Both the position numbers and the translations under genes were made by a program. The notes beneath the pieces were generated by a model. It was not told the DNA's origin and did no database searches. It saw only the letters and a list, made by a program, of their open reading frames with translations. From Euglena gracilis (taxonomy: Eukaryota): a stretch of DNA of 64,000 nt. Shown piece after piece: positions 13,501-27,600 of the stretch (positions are counted from its first letter, which is position 1; each line of letters starts with the position of its first letter). The stretch covers positions 6,583,425-6,647,424 of the forward strand of contig CP154954.1 in the NCBI GenBank assembly GCA_039621445.1, written 5' to 3'.

Positions 13501-16500
13501 CAAGAGCCTCAGTGATGGATGGGATCGCTCCTCACCCCCTTTTGATGCAGAACCTGCAGGGAAGGGTGATTCCGGTGAGATAACCCCAAAATAACCTCCC
13601 GACCACAAAAAAAATTGAAACAGTCTCCTTTCCACTGTTTGCGTGTTGTGTGTGTGTGTGTGTGTGTGTCCATTGCGTTGTGTTATGTGTGTGGTGGATG
13701 CATATGTTGTGTGCGTGCTTGTGTGCGTGCGTGCAGTTTGAACTGTGCTGCAGGAACAAAAAATAATGTGATACTTTCTGGATAGTTTTTTTTTTTAGCA
13801 TACAGCCGCTGCTGGACCAATGGACAGGGAGATTGGGTCTGTCCAGCTTGTTCTCCCTGCACAAATGACTTTAAAAGGCGCGTTCTGGAGAAGTTCCTGA
13901 ACCCCTGCTGCGACCAACTGCACGCCATTGACCCTGCCACGGTCGCCATTCAGGTGCGTGGCGCCTGTTTGCAACGGCCCACGGTTGCAACACCAGTGTC
14001 CCCTGAAGCGTTCAAGACCTGAAAGTGGAAAGAAGTTTTCAAATCAACCTGAGATCTGTGCTTCTTTAAACTCCTTCTTCCTAAAAGTTTGAGAGCGGGT
14101 GGGTGGGTCCATTTCGGAATTTTTTTGTGCAAAGAATGTTTTCACTTTTTTTCGACCCTCGATATAGAAAGCGCATCTCACAGTGATTCCAAAAATGCAT
14201 ACAGGAACAGGATTTTTTTTTTTGGGTTTACCCCCCTCCCCACATTGCCCCCACTGAGGCCAGTGGGGCGCCAATTTTTGCAATATACAACAAAATCTTT
14301 CAAGCACACATGAAGCAGAAAAGACTGAGAGAAACGTCGCAGAAATTTTACAAAAAGAACACATTCTGTTTCCTGCGACATTTTTCCAAGTTCCTAACGA
14401 CACAACCAGCATTGCTGGAAAAAAAAAACAGGAAAAACTTCACAGAAAACGGGGGGACTCGAATTGGAGAACCATCTGAAAAACACCCACTCTGTTTCCT
14501 ATCTCCTAAATCACTTTCCGCAAAGATGGAGAGTCAGATCTGGACGTCTGGTTACCCCCCATCACCCCCCACTAAGGCCAGTGGGGGTGCCAATTTTTGC
14601 AACATGATTTTTCCCAAATAATGCACCCCCTCCCCAAAATATACCCCCGAACCCCGACTTCAGATCCCCAAATGCATATGGGTGTATGATTTTTGCGGTG
14701 CTTAGGCCACACACAGCAATTCGGGACATCGTTTGACAACGCGAGTTTTGCCCTGGGGGGGGGTGCCGTGGGTCAGTCAAGCCCGGTTGAATGCCGGACT
14801 GCAAAAGATATACAGAGGCTTGAGTTTTGGGTGGGTTTTGGGTGGGTGGGTGTGCGTGTGTGGGTGGGATTTCAAAGAAAGTGCGCAGGTGGTTTTTGGC
14901 CTGGGAAAAAGCCCCCCCCCCCCCCTGCTGGGAGGGACGCTAAGTTCAACTGTGATCAGGACTTAGACCCCCTACCTGGCAGCCTCCGCCTCCGGCCGCT
15001 TCCAGAGTGCGGCCGGCGAGGTCGGTGTCCTCCTGGGTGACCAGGTCCGCGAGTTCCTCAGTGGGAGGTCCCACGGTCCCGTGCGTCCCCTTCTGACCCC
15101 CCCCCCAATGACTCCTGCCCTTTTTCAAGAGCAACTCAACCTTCAACCTACCAACTGTATTCACCAATTCCCCCCCCTCCACCCCCCTGGACTAGAGTTT
15201 CAGTGGGGCTGTGCCAGACATGATTTGCGCTGTGGGGAAAACTGCATTTTTGACCATTTCAAGAAATCTACACTTGTTTGCCACCACCAGGGCTACATTG
15301 TCCATCCCATGGGGGGGGGATTAGCCCAATAATCCCGCGAGCCACTTGCTCTTCCCTTTCTTCAGCATTCGCCAGTTTCGAAAGACGCAAGTCAGGAGTT
15401 CACCCCGATCGATTCCATCACCATGCCTCCCTTTGAAACGCCAGGGGGGTTTTGGAGCTCACACTTCTCATGTGCGCCGTGGGGGTTGTGCCTGTTCCGT
15501 GAGACGCCCCGCCACGGATGTGGTGCTGGAGCACCAGTACCAGGCGCAGGGGCTTTCGGATCGCGATTTCCGGCCCGGCGGGGACCGCTCTTGGGTAGCC
15601 CGGGCAAAGGTTCTTGTCTATGGAGTCATGGCCAGTCCCCCCCCCCCCCCCAGGACTCCCCCAGGACCCCCCCAGGACCCCCCCAGGACCCCCCCAGGAC
15701 AGGGTCATGGGGGGGGAAACTGGCCATAAGTGTGTCTATGGCTGCGCTGGGCAATCAAGTGCGTCCACTTGATTGACGGACTCAATCAAATGTTCCCCCT
15801 TTAGGCAACCTTTGGGAACAAACCGACCGACACCCAAATGCAAGAAACCCCAAAAATGAAGAAAAAGGAATTCAAAGGAGAAGCCATGAGCGACCAGTGC
15901 CATTCCAAGCTGTGCTATTCAAGGCTCTAGGTTTCTTTTGGGGGGGGGGAGTGCTGGTGTGGGACGAGTGTTCTCGCTTTCAAATTGTGTTTTCCCCAAT
16001 CGTTCTTCTTCATTGGGACGAAGTAGCGAAGTGAAGCGAAGTCGAAGCGAAGCGAAGTTGTTTCGCTGTTTGGATCAAAATGAAGGACACGCAGTCGCGC
16101 AGAAAACCAAATCCGGCTCCTCCCATGAATTGGCAAACTCTTTTGGGCAGATTTTTCTGAAACCCCAAATAAAGCAATGGATTGGGGGGGGGGCTCTCGC
16201 TCTGGATGTGTTCAATAAACTGTCCGATTTTTGACATATGATTTTGTGACAGCAACCAATCCTGCAAGGAAATGGTAAGACAAAAGTGCCACATGCCCAC
16301 CGTGCTCCACCTCATGCAGTGCAACTAACAATTCAACTCACTCTCCCATCTCTGCATCCACGCATGATTTTTTTGATAATAATTGTCAATTCTGTGTGGT
16401 TTAGGATACGATGAAAAAATTAATTAAACGGTTAAAATTGAATTGAATATTTAATATTTTTGTATCCTAATTCGTATAATTTTTTTGGTGTATTCTTTAC

Positions 16501-19500
16501 TATTTTTTCCAGGATGAGTAAAAAACATTATTAATGTGACTGACTTTTTTTCATGTTGTTTTTATTCATATATATATATATATATATATTACATATTACA
16601 TATTACATATTACATATTACATATTACATATTACATATTATAGATTATGCATTTATATATTATGTAATATATATCTCATTATACCATCCATTATATGACA
16701 TATATTATATATTACATACTACATTATATATTATAATTGTATTATATATTACATGTTATGTATTATTATATATATTTAAATTTTTTTAATACATTATATA
16801 TTATATATTATTAATACTATACATTATTATATATAAATTATGCATTATCCATGAAACATTATACATTGTACATTATATATTATGCATTATACATTATACA
16901 TTTTCCATTGCACATTATACATTATACATTATACATTATATATTTTGCATTAAATTTCATGTTTTATATTAAATATTATCTCCTGTATATTATATATTAT
17001 ATATTATATATTATACATATAATATTATATATTATATATTATATATTACGTATCATATATTAAATATCATATATCATATATTATATATTATACATTCTGT
17101 ATCATGTATTATGTATTATACATTATATATTATATCATGTTTTTATGTAACATATATTATATATTGTAAAATTTATGTTAAAAATATTATATATACATGT
17201 ATATATTTCTGGCTGATTTGCGCATTTAGGATCATTGGTTTCCCTGCCCGCCCGATCCACCGCGAGTGCGTTTCCCCGCCTGAGATGTTTCTTTCCCGGC
17301 GCAAGCAGTGCGACGTGCTGGTGGCCACCGGGCGGGACGCCGGGGCACTGGTGCTGCGGGTGGGCACCCTGCTCGCCCACCACCAGACCCACCTCCTGAC
17401 CGAGGAGCAGGTGCCCCCCCCCCCGTGACCATTGTGTCTCAAATGCTTTCCCCCAAAGAGAATCTTCCTTTTTTTTATTATTATTTTATTTTTAACATTT
17501 CGGATATTCCCGACCTTGCACATTGCAGGCTGTGCACGGCCGAGAAATGATATCCCGTTCCAACGGCCCCGGCAGCAGGATGCTCTTAGGCGGCCTAATT
17601 CGCACTTAAGCTTTTTTCGTTTGATGCGCGCACTTGCGCAAATTTACGATTTTTTTGATCGTGCTCTGTTTTGGCTGTGACGGTCAGGGGGGTTTGAAAA
17701 CACGGCAACAAGAGAGTGCAAAAAACGAGCGAAATTCTGATTTTGGCTGGGAGACCCCCGGGACTTTGGCAAAAAACAGTGATTTTGGGGGGTGTCGGGA
17801 AGGACTTTGTGGGCCGAAACCTACGGGACCCTGCCGGCCCACCCCGAAAAAAAACGCAAAAAAGCACCATGGGAACGGGACCTTTCCTGCCCCTGTTGCT
17901 CCTTTCGGCTGTGTCCCCGGGAGTGTCCGAGCTGCCGGCGGTGTGCGTCCTGGGTTTTTGTCGGACTGCTTTGCTTGCGGCGCATTGGTGTGGTGTTCTG
18001 GGGCTGTTTGTTGATATGCAGGGAGGAAGGTCGGGGGGTGTGGGTGACGTGTGACCGAGCCGGAAGGAGGGACGCTGGGGAAGGAAGGTGAGTGCGGGGT
18101 GTTTGGGAAGGGAAGCGCAGAGTGGGAAGAAATGGGGTCCACAGGGAATGAAGGAAATGAAGGGGACGAGTGTGTCCCACTCGGCTTATACCCGGGATGC
18201 ACACAACCAGTTGTGTGGCAAAGAACCCAGCAGAAGAAGCCCAACACTAGAAGGACAAAATTGCGTTTGATGCGCGCAATTGCGCGCACCAACATGTTTA
18301 TGTTGATGCACGCAATTGCGCGCATCAAACGCAATTTTGTCCTTCAAGGATTGGGCTTTGGTACCCACGAACTGATGCTGTTGATAAACGGTGTGACAAA
18401 GAGGCCGTGACGGCACGGACTGACGGGCCATCCAGCTGGTGGGTTTGTCACACTGTTTGTGAACACGCAAGCTTATGGGCGCAAATGCGCGCACCAAACA
18501 CAAAACATGTTGATGCGCGCATTTGCGCAAATGCGCGCATCAACATAATTGTGTTTGATGCGCGCATTTGCGCAAATAAACAAAGAAGAACGGTGTGACG
18601 GAAACACAGCCGTCAAACGGCGACAGCGGAAGTGGTTTACTTGCGCAGTTGCGCGCATCACGTTGTTTGTGGGCGCAAATGCACAAATAAACCAGATATA
18701 CATTGTTCAGTTTACATCTGTTTTATTTGCGCATTTGCACAAATAAAACAACGTGATGCGCGCAAATGCGCAAATAAACCACCAATGGAGGAGCAATAAG
18801 TGACTTCATTTGGCCCTCCTACAGCTACACTTTGTGGCTTCTGACTTTGTGGCTTCATGACTACACCGTCCCCTCCGGGATATGGTGTTAGGGTGCCATT
18901 TTTTCACCATTGACAGGTCCCACAAAAGATGGAGACATAGCATCTTTTGAAGGTGGGTTCACAGCCACCCAGTAACGGTTCACCTCCACCGGCACCAATT
19001 TTTGGTTCCCAAGGGCCCTGCGGCTGGCCTGCAGCTTCGGCTCCGCTGCTGCAGCCCCATCAGCGGCTGATGCTTCAGCATCCAGCAGGCCGGCATCGAC
19101 CTCCCCGGTGCAACGACACCCACCACAGCGGCCACGTTATACCCAGCAACCGGGGTGTAAGACTGGGGGGACGACGTGGTGCCAGTGCATGGCAACCAGC
19201 AGCTGGAGAGAGGTGGCCCTCAAACACCCGTTACTTTGGGTACAAGGAAGTGGTGAACCATTACCCCTGCATTGGGTGCATCAAAGCGGTGGGACCCACT
19301 CCCCCCAAATTATGCACAAAAACCGGTGGTTTTTACGTTTTTCAAGGGAAAATGACAAAGAAAACCGTAAAACGGACTCCGGCCGGACACGTCCCAGGCA
19401 TTTCAGGTGCCAAATTTTGTCTTCCTGTAACGCAGTCCTGTTGCAGAAAAGGTGTCAAACAGTCTCAGGTCGTTTGCATGTCATCAATTCATCACATTTA

Positions 19501-21588
19501 ACTGCCAAACAGATGACGCCAAAACAACAGACCGTTCGGGCCTGGTAACAGCAGTGCAAATGTATACACATAAGGCAGGCAAATTTTGGCCAGTCTCATG
19601 CCGTGTTCCAGTGAACACTCCACACTGCCTCTCACCACAAGTTTCATCGCCACGTAAACGTGGTGCAAATCATTGGTTGACGTGAGGAGTTGCGTTCACC
19701 AGCTGTCACGGAGCAGGAGATGGTATCGCACAACTCATGTGTTTTGATGCGCGCATTTGCGCAAATCAACAAACTTTGTTTGTGTGCTCTAAGGGCCCTA
19801 CAAACACATTATTTTGAAGCGGTTTATAACATGTTGATGCGCGCATTTGCGCAAATGCGCGCATCAACATAATTGTGTTTTATTTGCGCAATTGCGCGCA
19901 CCAACACGTCCATCACGTTTTTAAACCTTCTAACTCATGGTCCTCATTGGTGTCTTTTAACATGGAACGTAAACATACGTGTTGATGGGCGCAAATGCGC
20001 GCACCAAACACATTTGTTGGTGTGTGCATTTGCGCAAATGCGCGCATCAACAATTATGTTGATGCGCGCATTTGCGCCCACCAACACGTCATTTTATCAT
20101 CATCGATGTACATTTTATTTGCGCAAATGCGCGCACAAACACAATTGTTTTTATTTGCGCAATTGCGCGCACAAACACACATCAATTGCGCGACGGCTGC
20201 CTCACGTAGTCTGTGTGTCTGTGGTGTTGTGATCTAATGAGGCTCAGTGTGTTCTCACTGGTGGCGGTAGTATCCAAGCCAGTTCAGGCAGCACGTCAGC
20301 ACCGTTTCCAAGTATCGTAACAAGGGGTGTGTGCCTCTCTCCCGTTTGGTGTACAACAGCACCAGTCTCACCCCCAGCCCTATTAACGTCACCCGGTGAG
20401 CAGCATGCACACCAGACCACTGGGAGTTAATCCCCTCCAATAGAGGGGTGTAACGGTTCTTAAATTGTGTTCCGGGCTTCAGGGTACAGGGTCCCAGGGG
20501 TTACAAAAAAATCGTAAATTTGCGCAATTGCGTGCATCAAAAGTAAAACAGATTAAGTGCGAATTCGGCCGCCTAAGATGCTGGTTCAGGTCGGGCCACT
20601 AAACTCTCACTGTAAGACTGTCTTCCGACCTTTTCAGAAACCATGAATATATATATATATATATATACATACATATATTATATATTATATTTGTATAATA
20701 TAATAAAAATTGTGTGGAGCAAACTGTAAGTGTCGGGATCGTGTCGGTTTGGCGCGTATCACCCACCCACCCCGGCGTGTCGTTACGGTGGGCTCCCCCG
20801 GCCCTTCTCCCCCGTCTCAGGCGCTGGAGTACGTCCAGGCCGTCTTCTCGCCCTCCCTCCAGTGCCTGCCCCCCGAGGGGCCGCCCGGCCTGGCCAGCCC
20901 CGCCCTCTCCCTCTACGCCCCGGACACCATGCCGGCCCAGGCCCCGGACCCCCCGCAGGGACTCAAACTCAGGCCCGGTGAGTTTTGGTTGGGCTGCTTT
21001 GCACCGCATTTTCCTAATTGTCTTTCTCCGCCACCTCTAACCCACTCCGCTCCCCACCCACCCGCCGCAGAGAGACCCCCCAAGAGAACTGCCCAGGGAA
21101 TATATTGTTTGGGCATCCAAAGCGTGGTGCAGGGGATTCAAAAACTGAAAAAAAGACCCTCAAAATGCACATTAAAAAACCAAATATTTTGAAGAATTTC
21201 GATTCTTTAATCTTTTTTGACGTCAATGCTGTTCAATTTGTTGTACCAATTATTTTTGTATTATATGCTGTTTTCAACAGGAAATCAATGGGTTTTTTAT
21301 TTTTTACTTTCACTGTGGAGGGGGGTGTATTATTCAGAAATCCCAGACACAGGCAGACAGGGTGAAATACCCCGATGAGTATGCCTGCTACGTGCACGCA
21401 CCCCATATCACAAGGCCCCCCCCCCCCCCCCTTCGTGTTGCATTCACTCGTTCAACTGGTTTACTCTTGAATTTGACTGATCCAGGCAGGTTGGTTGGTC
21501 AATACTGTGGTCGGGGGGGGCAAAACATTTGCACATGGACAGGTGAATAGCTGCACCACAAAGCAACTCCACAAAAATGCAAAAATAT

Positions 21589-21634
<46 letters not shown>

Positions 21635-24600
21635 AATATGCAAAAAAGACAAAAAAATACAAACAGCTTGTTTCCCCCTCCTCCCCCACGGACTGCGCCA
21701 TCTTCCAATGATGCCCCTTCGCCCGGGGTCTGCTCATGCCCTGCTGGCGTACCAGGCTGCCCAGGTGGTCGCCCTCCGGCCAATGACCACTCCTGTTCAC
21801 ACCCAGATGGGTGTAAGCAGGCTGGATTTTGGCCTGGCCGACCCCACCAGTCACCAGTGGGGGCATGTCTGCTTCAAAGGGTGGGGGAGACGTTTTTGCG
21901 TTTTTCAACTTTTGCCAATTTTGCATCCCCCCCAAGACCAAAACTTTTTACCATTTTTTTGTCATTTTTTGGGGAATTCCCCCCCAACAAATCACATAAT
22001 TTTGGAATCAGGCTTTTCCAAAAGCTGATCAAAATACAGACATAACAACACATACATGCATGTACAAAATAAATATTCATTTAATTTTGATTTGCACGTG
22101 AAAAAGTTCCCCAGAGCAGGTGAAAAATTTTAGTCCTCTGCAGCACAAAAAATGTGCTTCCTGGGGTACTCCTGAGTTTACATGAAACCTGGGTTTGCAT
22201 TTTTTTTTTGCATTTTCTTGCATCGCGTTTTTCGATGTTCCATGCTGCATCCCCCCCCCCCTGCTTCCCTGGGCAGGCACCCCAAAGTACCCAGATTCGA
22301 CCCCCTCGGCAAAGTGCTGTTGGGCTCTCCAGCACCGAGGGCACCAAAATTCCATACAAATGCAGTTCAGGCAATTTCTCTCCACGCCCTGGCAGGCACG
22401 ACCCTCCTTCCGTGACAAGTGCCCCAGGGCACCCCAAGACTCCAAGACCCAGGGCTGCACGGGAACCCCCAAACCCTTGTGGTCGGACCCCCCCCACCAG
22501 GCCTTCCCATGTTTCCGGGGCCGCCGATTTCTGGGCCAACGCTTTCCTCCGGCCCCAAAGGACTTTTCCCTTGGCGGTGCTTGTGGTGGGTGGTGGCGTG
22601 GGTGTCCGGAAATGGGTTAGTGAGGTCGACCCACGCACACCCCCCCCAACAGGCCTTCCCGCACTGCCCTGGGGGGCCAACCAACCATTTCGTTTCCGGC
22701 CCGCCCAACCTTGTCTGGCCACTGGAGGCGGGGCCGGGGGGTCGAACGGAGGCCGTTGCCCGCAGCAGAGCTCCGCGGCGGACAGCGTGGCGGCGGTGCT
22801 GCGGCTGTGGCGGCGCTTCGCGGAGGCGGTGCGGCTGTTCTGGGAGGCGGGGGAGACGCTGCTCCCCCACGTCCACCCCGGCCCCCCGGACTGGAGCTCC
22901 TGCCTCCTCCACCAGGCGTGTGCCTGCCCGCCAATGGCATGAATCATGGCCACCAACCCCTGGCCACCAACCCCTGAGAAATTTCTTGGAGCAATTCAAA
23001 AGCTCAAGGCATGAGAATTCAATTTGTTCCGCCCAAGGTTTTTCATATTTCCATGGTTTGAAGTCTTTGTCTCTTTTCTTGGGGGGAAAAATAAAAACAG
23101 AAAATGACAAAAAACTGCAGGTGCTACGATTTGCTCCCCCTTTTTCAATTTGCATGTGTGGATGATTTGTTCAAATTGAACCGCCCTTGATCTGTTGATG
23201 AGGATGTTGTGGTGCAGGAGCATGACTTCGCGCTGTATCACGCACTCTTGACGGGAAATTTGCTCCCCATGTGCTGGGTGCCTCCAAACGCCCCCGTGCT
23301 AATTCGTTCTCCAGCCCGGTTCTCCGGCCCATCGCACACACAGAAGCTGCAGATGGTGAACGCATGCATTGCACAACAGCGGACGGTGGTTCCCGTGCCA
23401 TGGCTGCCATGAGCTGTGGGGCGAGAGGCAGTCGAAACGTGCATTTCTCGCAGCTTGCCGCGTGGAGAGGGCTTCCCCTTCAGGTTGGGAAAGCCTCCCT
23501 CCTGTGGGAATGCAATCGCAGAGTTCGCACAAGTGGTCTGGTTCCGTAATTGTGAATCATGGTTCTTTTACTTGACAATTAGAATGAACGGAGGGGGAAC
23601 CCCTTGGGTAAACCGCCATCTCCCAGGAGAGTGCTGTACTGTTGTCCAGACAGCTTGGTGTTGACATGGGGGGGGGGGCGCAAATGCGTCTTTTTTGTGT
23701 TTTTTTTTTGCTGTTTTTGATTTCGTACAATTTGCGTTTTTTTTCTCGTTTTTTTGATTTTGTTTATTGCTTTTATTTTATTTTTTTGCGTCGCTTTTTT
23801 GAGGGTCCATGTCGCGCCCTCCACGGAGGGCCCCTCTTCTTTGCCATTGCAGCTTTCTTGCTCATTCCTAAGTTTGCTCTTCGCTAAGGGACGCCTGTGC
23901 CTGTCGTCTCATCTTGGCCTTGGCCCCTTCCCAAGGCAGCCATCCCCCAACCCCACTCACCAGCGAAACGGACGGATGGGACCTTGATTTGGGGGACGAG
24001 GACATCGAGGTGTGCACTCCCCCCCCCCCCGTGTTGGAGACGAACATTAGTGGCGTTGGACAACGGCTGAAGGGGGAGGGGGTATCTGCCTACACCCCTG
24101 AAGCACGGCAAATAAAACTCAACCAAAATATTGGTTGCAGCACCTTTCTTTGTGAAGCCTCTTGTACAGTATACAATTCTGCCCATTTCCGCAGCACATT
24201 TCCACCACCTTTTTAGACATGCCAACATCAGATGAGAACATGCCCCCTCCCCCCTCCCCTCGTGTCAGGAGGGTTGGCCCTTTTGGTGGGACCGACCGAC
24301 CTTTTAATTAGCTTGGGTAGAACCCTCCATCACTCGAAACAGGTGTCTACCTGTGCCAATGCAGGTTAACTAGTCCCAGAAAAGTATCGAACCTATCTTT
24401 GCCTTGTCTCGATGACAGCAGAATGAACCCTCAGAGGAAGTTGCACGGTGGGGGGATGGTGCAGGTTTCCATCCAAAGAGAAACACGCCCCTGAATGCAC
24501 GAAATTCCCCCCCCCCCCCCTCCCAACCCCTTCAATGCACACCATTCGGACTTTTTTTTGTGCACTGCAATGGTTTGGCTGGTCTGAGCTGGATCCAGCT

Positions 24601-27600
24601 TTTCTCAGTCAACTCCGGGCCTCAGACCTGCCGGGCTGCTGACTCGGAAACAGGTGCTGGCCGGCTAGACCACCGCACTCCACAGGGTTTCGATCCCCCC
24701 CCCACCCAACCACGCTTCTTTTTAAGTCCCCCCCCCCCGGGTGGGCAGTCATGGGCAGACACCCCATAGCACAAAAAAAAAGGCACCCCCCCTCTCCCCG
24801 GGTAGTTCAAAAGTAGCTTTTACCCTCCCAACACAACACACGTACACACAGCGCACAACACAACACACGCCCACCCCCCGCCCGCACCGCCACCCACCCC
24901 CACGCACCCACACACCACACACACACACACACACACCACACACACACACCACACACACACACACCACACCACACACACACACGCGAACCGCACACACCCA
25001 CACGCACACACACAATCCACACCCACCACACACACCCACACACACACGCCACCACCCACACACACACACACCACACACCACACCCACAACACACCCACAC
25101 ACACACACACACACACCACACACCACACACCCGCACACACCACAACACCCACACACACACTCACCTCACACTCACACTCACACTCACACTCACACTCACA
25201 CTGCACACTCACCACTCACACTCACACTCACACACACACTCACACTCACTCACACTCTCTCTCTCACCGCACTCTCACTCTCACCTCTCCCTCTCACACT
25301 CCTCACTCACGCACACGCACTCTCACTCGCACTCTCACTCTCACTCTCCACGCACCGACACACTCAGCACACTCTCACGCCCCCACTCACCACCGCCCTC
25401 TCACGCTCACTCTCGCACGCAGCACCGCTCGCCTCTCTCCACGCGCCTCCCCTCTCAAGCTCCCTCTCTACTGCGCACGCACTACTACTGCAGCACGTCT
25501 GGCGCGACAGCGCACTTGAAATCGCGCACCTCGCAGAGCATGCACACTCTCACGCTCGCGCACGCGCCCGCGCACTCGCACGCACGCCACTCGCGCAGCG
25601 CGACGCCCACTCTCACCGCACCTCGCCCTCACCTCACGCGCACGCGAACTCCACTCGCTCACTCTCGCACGCTCCCCGCGCACGCGCACGCGCGCACGCC
25701 CACGCGCACGCGCACTCGCACGCGCACCGTGTGCTCTCCCACTCACTCTCTCCTCTCACCTCTGCGCACTCTCACGCCTCACTCTCACTCTCACACCCAC
25801 ACTCTCGCCGCTCACCACTGAGTCTCACCTCACGCATGCAACGCCTCACGCCGCACCTCACATCTCACTCTCACTCGCACCTCACTCACTCGCACTCTCA
25901 CCACGCTCACCTCACTTTTCTCTCGCACGCACACGCACTCACGTCTCACATCTTTCGCACTCTCACTCTCACGCGCACGCGCACGCGCACGCGCACTCGC
26001 ACGCGCACGCTCACGCACGCGCACTCCACGCACGCGCCCCTCTGCGACTGCACGCGCACCCCGCCGCACGCTCCGCTCTCACTCCTCGCTCACTCCCGCT
26101 CTTTTCGCAGTCTCGCTTCTTTTTAACACTCTCACCACTCACACCCCTGCTCGCCCTCGCACCCTCGCAGCGCACATCGCTCTCCCCACGGCGCGCGAGG
26201 GCTCACCTCCTCCACTCCCTTCAGCGGGGCGCCCGACTGCGCCTCTCCCGCTCCCTTCTCACCGCCTCGCTGGCTCGGGCACTCTGCACCGCTCCCCTTG
26301 CTGGCACGTCTCACCTTTTGCACGTTTCGTGCAGCTGCACTACACCAAGCACGCAGCGCACGTGCATCACACACATGCGCACGCACACTTCGCGCACGTG
26401 TCCATCCTCAATCACACGCACACGCACACACACACCCACACAGACATCTGTGCAAACCCTTCACTCCTCCAGCCCGACAGCGGCAGCCCCACGCAGAGCC
26501 CCTTTCCGGCGGCGGCGACGGGCGGCCCCGCCAGCCCGGCGCCGGCGTTGCACGCGGAGGGCCGGCTGGGGGCGCTGCGGCCGCTGGGCGACGCGGCGCT
26601 GTTGCGGTCTGGCCGCGCGCTTTTCATCCCGCCGAGGGGCCTGCTGCCATGTGGCAAGGTGGCCTGTGGTGTTTGCAAGGTTCGGGGCACAGATGTGCCG
26701 TGGAAGTGGGAACCGGGTTGCACCACCAGAATGGGGCTCAGTTTGTTTTTCGGTCGTAAACCAGTTGACAGGTCCACAGTGATAAAATTGGGAAATTCGG
26801 TGAAGCACACTGCGGCGAAAGGCGCGCGGAACGTCAGTGTCAGTGTCGGTTGCAAGTCACCTGGGTGGGGAATGGACGGCGGGGAATGCTGGTCCGCGGG
26901 GTAGGGTCGGGGCCATTTTCTGAACCGCGCCAGCCCCAGCAGGGTTGCCATGCGGCCAGCTCTTCAACTGTGTCTGAGTGCATGTTTGACCTGCACCCGT
27001 CCTTGTTTTCTGACACAACTCAGGGAATGCCATGGAAGCCCACCGTTTGTCCAAGTTTGGGGATGCTGACATCACTACTGAGGGACGTCCAGTGATGGAA
27101 CCAGCTTCGGTTTTGAGGTTGGTGGTAGCGGGAGGGGTCCCGACAGCCCGACCCGGGAGGGGGGTAAGACGGAGGGTGGTCCAGATCCAATGCTGGGGTG
27201 ATGTGGACCCATCATCTCCACCCCCTTAACCTTAAACCAAAGTCCCAAATTGAATTATTAATTTACTTTTTTTCTCTTCCGGAGCTGCGCGCAGAGGTTG
27301 CAAAAAAACAACAACGAAATTTGTCTCAAATTTTTTTGTTTTCATTTTTCATTTCACTTCGCTCATTTTTTTTGTGCAGATGCTTGCAGGGCCATAATTC
27401 ACTCCTCGACATCCACAGACCCCATTCAACAGCAACAGACCAATGTATTCTTTTCAGGCACAGAAAGTGGTAAAAATAAAAACAAGAAACAAGAAGGAAA
27501 AAAAACAAGAAACAAAGAATGAAGGTATGGTTTAAATAAACAGAAAATGGTGCAAATCACCGAAAACGATGTTGGTGTTCCGGTGCGACCGAGCCTTGGA

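Noticed and set aside
18260-20180. Palindromic repeat array resembling CRISPR
   Set aside because: Irregular spacing, no unique spacers, no cas genes, eukaryotic context; lies inside a TIR element.
24741-26126. 461-aa His/Thr-rich ORF
   Set aside because: Translation of a degenerate CA/CT tract inside an intron.
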